Shown here piece after piece: positions 62,090 to 64,000 of a stretch of DNA of 64,000 nt (position 1 is its first letter; each line of letters begins with the position of its first letter). Made by a program: the position numbers and the translations under genes. This DNA comes from an uncultured beta proteobacterium (GTDB lineage Bacteria; Pseudomonadota; Gammaproteobacteria; Burkholderiales; SG8-39): assembly GCA_963820965.1 (NCBI GenBank), contig CAWGCC010000027.1, forward strand, positions 71,270-135,269, given 5' to 3'. Under the pieces are notes generated by a model. That model had not been told where the DNA came from and did no database searches. It saw only the letters and a list, made by a program, of their open reading frames with translations.

Positions 62090-63934
62090 TCACCGCGACC
62101 CCACTGCCTGGTGCAGCTTGAAATGGATCAGGGTCCGCAGCTTCGCCGGCATCACCGGCTTCAACAGCAGATGCGCGTCCATCGCCTTCGCCTCGTCGAC
62201 GTGCGCGGGCGTCGTGCTGCCGCTCACGATGATCGCGGGGATCTGCGACTTGAACCGCTCGCGCAGCGCGGCGATCGCCTGGGTGCCGACGTTGCCGTCC
62301 CGCAGGCCGTAGTCGGCAACGATCAGATCGGGCGGGCGCGTGAGCGGCTCGACCTCCTCCATCGTCTCGCGGATCGAGGCGCCCGCTACGACCTCGGCGC
62401 CCCAGCCCTCGAGCAGCACGCGCATGCCTTCAAGAACCGCCGCCTCGTCCTCGACCACGACGATCACGCGGCCCGACAGGTCGCCGGGGACGGTAACGGT
62501 TCTCTTTTTCCGCGCCGGGTCGACTGTGGGCCGCACGCCGAGCGGCAGGCGCACCCGGAACACCGAGCCCGAGCCGGGCACCGAACGCAGGGCAAAATGC
62601 GCGCCCAGCAGGTTCGCGAGGCGCTTCACGATCGAAAGCCCGAGCCCGAGCCCCTTCTTGCTGTTGCGCTCGGGATTCGCGAGCTGGTAGAACTCCTCGA
62701 ATACCCGCTCCTGCTGCTCCGGCGGGATTCCGATCCCGGTGTCCCAGACCTCCAGGCTCGCTTCCTTGCCGCGGCGTCGCACGCCGACGAGCACCCCCCC
62801 CGCCCTGGTGTAGCGGAGCGCGTTCGAGATGAGGTTGCGCAGGATCCGCTCGACCAGCACCGGGTCGCTGAAGAGGTAGACCGGTGTCGGCACGATCCTC
62901 AGCTTGAGGCCGCGCTCGAACGCCTCCGGCTCGAAGTCCATGCGCAGGCGGTCGAGCATCGGCGCCAGTTCGAAGTGGGTGGGGTTCGCCTTGAGCACGC
63001 CCGAGTCGATCTTCGAGATGTCGAGCAGCTCGTTGAAGAGGCCCTCGAGCGCATCGACCGACGCGTTGATGCTGTTCACGACGTGCAGCACCTCGGGGTC
63101 GCGCACCTTCTCGGTGAGCGCCGCGGCGAACAGGCCCATCGCGTGCAGCGGCTGGCGGAGGTCGTGGCCCGCAGCGGCGAAGAACTGCGTCTTGGAGCGA
63201 TTCGCGATCTCGGCGTCGGCGCGCGCGCGTTCGGCGATCTCGCGCGCACGCTCGAGCTCGACGTTCTGCGCCGCGAGCTTGCGCGCGAGCGCCTCGTTCT
63301 CGAAGCGGTTGCGCAAGGACGCGACGAGCACGCGGTTGTAGTTCCGGCCGAACGTGATGAGCGCGAGCGTCGCGACGCCGACGATGAATGCCAGCGTGTA
63401 GTGTGCCGGCTCTCCTTCGACGATATTGCGCAGGATGATCGGCAACATCGCCGGGAACACGAAGGCATAGAACGACGGGAGATGCACCCCGATGAGGAGC
63501 ACGGCTGATGAGGTGACCGCGAAGATCAGCACGGAGAGAAAGGCCTGGTAGACCGGCGAGTCGGGTATGAAGAAGAGCCACGTCGCGAGGCCCCACAGGC
63601 AGCCCGACAGGAGCGACCCCAGCGCCCAGGAGTTCGCGGCGTGGTCGATGTCGGCGAGCTCGATGCCGGTGCGCCGCCAGCGGAGATAAAGCCAATAGCG
63701 CCAGCCCTGGTTCGCCGTCATGCACGCGAACCAGGCGGCGATCGTGTTCGTCGGCACGATGTCCCGCATCACCACCGCGAGGAGCAGCGCCGCGACCATG
63801 GTGCCGCCGGTCGAGGTCGGCAGCTGGCTGTAGAGCAGGCGCACCTGCTGCAGGCGGACCTGGGAGTCGATCTGGTCGGACTCGTGACGTCCCAGGCGGC
63901 TCGGGCGCTCCAGAAGCTCGCTGATAGAAATCAT
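62090..63934 (-). CDS. Hybrid sensor histidine kinase/response regulator, paralog of 58629-60419
   Basis: Intact 614-aa ORF with the same architecture. H-box FFAAAGHDLRQPLHAM. LISNALRYT, VWDTGIGIP, GLGLGLSIV. Receiver VIVVVEDEAAV...LIVADYGLRDG...LLLKP. Confidence 0.9.
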   Translation of the reverse strand: MISISELLERPSRLGRHESDQIDSQVRLQQVRLLYSQLPTSTGGTMVAALLLAVVMRDIVPTNTIAAWFACMTANQGWRYWLYLRWRRTGIELADIDHAANSWALGSLLSGCLWGLATWLFFIPDSPVYQAFLSVLIFAVTSSAVLLIGVHLPSFYAFVFPAMLPIILRNIVEGEPAHYTLAFIVGVATLALITFGRNYNRVLVASLRNRFENEALARKLAAQNVELERAREIAERARADAEIANRSKTQFFAAAGHDLRQPLHAMGLFAAALTEKVRDPEVLHVVNSINASVDALEGLFNELLDISKIDSGVLKANPTHFELAPMLDRLRMDFEPEAFERGLKLRIVPTPVYLFSDPVLVERILRNLISNALRYTRAGGVLVGVRRRGKEASLEVWDTGIGIPPEQQERVFEEFYQLANPERNSKKGLGLGLSIVKRLANLLGAHFALRSVPGSGSVFRVRLPLGVRPTVDPARKKRTVTVPGDLSGRVIVVVEDEAAVLEGMRVLLEGWGAEVVAGASIRETMEEVEPLTRPPDLIVADYGLRDGNVGTQAIAALRERFKSQIPAIIVSGSTTPAHVDEAKAMDAHLLLKPVMPAKLRTLIHFKLHQAVGSR

Positions 63935-64000
63935 CGCGTCAATCCGGCTGCAGCGCCGCTGCCGCGGACCGCCGCGCGAGACGGCTCGTATCGACCGGCA

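Overview
High-GC proteobacterial chromosome segment. Gene content resembles Betaproteobacteria/Burkholderiales, but that is inference only. I support about 45 protein-coding features. I recognised no rRNA, tRNA, CRISPR array, transposase or integrase.

(1) 223-18203, all on the minus strand: a metal-oxidase/secretion block. It holds a CusF-like protein, a T1SS adaptor and ABC exporter, a SCO1/SenC-like protein, a Tat-signal multicopper oxidase, a small coiled-coil ORF, and a ~10.9 kb MopA-like RTX gene. The RTX gene carries two animal-haem-peroxidase domains that arose from a ~4.3 kb in-frame tandem duplication. Most genes in this block are frame-disrupted. By manual tracing the RTX gene has roughly 30-40 frame changes.

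(2) 19119-26649, minus strand: a Hanks-type transmembrane Ser/Thr kinase, a CsgG-like protein, a periplasmic alpha/beta protein that resembles the kinase ectodomain, and a secreted Gly/Pro-rich short-repeat protein. A PAS-GAF-PAS-GGDEF-EAL protein lies next to them. This is my best candidate for an undescribed envelope secretion/fibre system.

(3) Housekeeping and accessory genes: Lrp with an orphan aceE; a translationally coupled eutB-eutC-DUF3500-VOC operon; DMT and MFS transporters; a TetR-regulated RND efflux operon with a perfect operator palindrome; TauD; a TMEM175-like channel; a FimV-like protein; a frameshifted MATE; a TfoX pseudogene; a CitE-like lyase; an Lhr helicase with an ATP-dependent DNA ligase; a frameshifted DUF427; and two paralogous hybrid histidine kinases flanking a LuxR-type response regulator.

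Frame disruptions are strongly non-uniform. All long housekeeping ORFs are intact. This points either to real decay of accessory genes or to repeat- and homopolymer-associated assembly error. I cannot separate these from sequence alone.
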